A stretch of DNA of 43,597 bases from a virus. Taxonomy: Duplodnaviria > Caudoviricetes. The stretch's first letter is position 1. Each line of letters opens with the position of its first letter. The DNA lies in the IMG/VR virus record IMGVR_UViG_3300037423_001234, positions 1 through 43,597 of that record; one strand, 5' to 3'. Positions 42,660 to 43,597 of this stretch are shown here, piece after piece. The translations under genes were made by a program, and so were the position numbers. A model generated the notes under the pieces. That model saw only the letters and a program-made list of their open reading frames with translations, did not search any database and was not told the DNA's origin.

Positions 42660-43597
42660 ACAGTCAAACGCCTGGCATCGCCTAACCTCTCCAAAACACA
42701 GCCACATAACTCGTGTAATTTATGGTGGTCAGGCCGGCGGCGGAAAAAGCTTTTTAATTTCCCTTTGGCTTGATTACATGTGTAGGACATATGTTGGCAC
42801 GCGCTACTACATGGGTCGTGAGACCTTGAAAGACATTAAAGAATCAGTACTTTTAACATTCTTCGATGTCGTTAAGATCACCGGATCAAATTGTAAATAC
42901 AGGGAGCAGTACAGCAAAATAACATACGATAATGGATCGGAAATATACTTACTTGAAACATTTGCATACCCATCCGACCCCAACTTCGACAGCTTCGGAA
43001 GTAGGGAGTTCACTGGCGGAGCTATCGAAGAAGGTATTACAGTCACGAAACGCGCTGCAGACATTCTCATCAGCCGTACGCGATATAAGCATGACGTTTA
43101 CAACCTTACGCCGAAACAGCTCATCACATGCAACCCTGGGGATGGCTGGATCAAAGACGAAATAGTAATTCCACAATTGGAAGGCAATCCACGCAAAACA
43201 AATGAGGTATTCATTCAGGCGACTCTTGCCAGTAATCCCAACAAAGAATTTGCAGAGCGGTACACCAAAACCCTCGAAGAAAACCTAACAACATACGACC
43301 GCGAGCGCCTTTTAAACGGAAACTGGAACGCCAAACCCAAATCAGGCGCCGAATTCTTAAAAGAATTTAACCAGGACAAACACACTCATAAAGGACTGAC
43401 TGCCGAGTATCACCCTGACGAAGTTTTACACCTTACATTCGATGAGAACTTACACCCTCACATCACTTGCCAGGTGTGGCAGATCAAAAAGCAACATGGG
43501 CTCCGGAGGGTTTTACACCTTTGGGAGATTTGCTTAAAGCCACCACGAAACAGGCGAAAAGAAGTTTGCAAAGAAATCGTTAAGAAGTTTCAGGGTG
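42628..43597 (+). CDS. terL: Terminase large subunit, N-terminal ATPase part (not in ORF track; runs across the junction to 498, ~478 aa total)
   Basis: GTG start; Walker A YGGQAGGGKS, Walker B GGAIEE, coupling motif TCNP, RERLLNGNW. Confidence 0.92.
   Translation, partial: METSSLTLSREQSNAWHRLTSPKHSHITRVIYGGQAGGGKSFLISLWLDYMCRTYVGTRYYMGRETLKDIKESVLLTFFDVVKITGSNCKYREQYSKITYDNGSEIYLLETFAYPSDPNFDSFGSREFTGGAIEEGITVTKRAADILISRTRYKHDVYNLTPKQLITCNPGDGWIKDEIVIPQLEGNPRKTNEVFIQATLASNPNKEFAERYTKTLEENLTTYDRERLLNGNWNAKPKSGAEFLKEFNQDKHTHKGLTAEYHPDEVLHLTFDENLHPHITCQVWQIKKQHGLRRVLHLWEICLKPPRNRRKEVCKEIVKKFQG

Larger units (their letters stand above)
1..43597. mobile_element. Complete temperate myovirus-type phage genome (circular form, probable Bacteroidota host)
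   Basis: Packaging, head, contractile tail, lysis, replication and lysogeny modules are all present. There is a 31-nt terminal overlap with TerL reading in frame across the junction, and no host housekeeping genes. Confidence 0.95.

Noticed and set aside
43567-43597. Terminal 31-nt repeat as a biological direct terminal repeat
   Set aside because: It falls mid-TerL and has a typical k-mer length; an assembly overlap is the simpler explanation.
1-43597. Alternative genetic code (stop-codon reassignment)
   Set aside because: Standard-code ORFs tile the genome densely, and all three stop codons terminate conserved genes.

Overview
The window is an essentially complete, circularly assembled genome (~43.57 kb unique; the last 31 nt repeat the first 31 nt) of a temperate, contractile-tailed (myovirus-type) phage. 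The host is most likely Bacteroidota, inferred from TAnnTTTG-like promoters, A/C-rich non-Shine-Dalgarno start regions and Bacteroidota-type integrase, sheath and baseplate families. The + strand carries the packaging and Mu-like head/baseplate/tail/lysis modules (42.1 kb -> wrap -> 21.5 kb). A long leftward early operon (37.2 kb -> 22.9 kb) carries xis, an Exo/RecT-like pair, two adenine MTases, a replication initiator, NinG and many small accessory genes. The lysogeny region has a repressor, operators, an intact tRNA-derived attP and a tyrosine integrase. All assignments come from motif and family recognition by eye, not database searches. The most notable unexplained signals are: (i) hairpin RNAs in the early transcript whose loops are antisense to start-codon regions; (ii) single accessory genes bounded by 13-17 bp direct repeats; (iii) a palindromic CCAAWWTTGG box at the late-operon starts together with a Fis-type HTH gene wedged between terS and terL; (iv) a parS-like site overlapping an operator inside the repressor gene; (v) a lysis cassette without a canonical endolysin or spanin; (vi) an integrase with altered catalytic residues.
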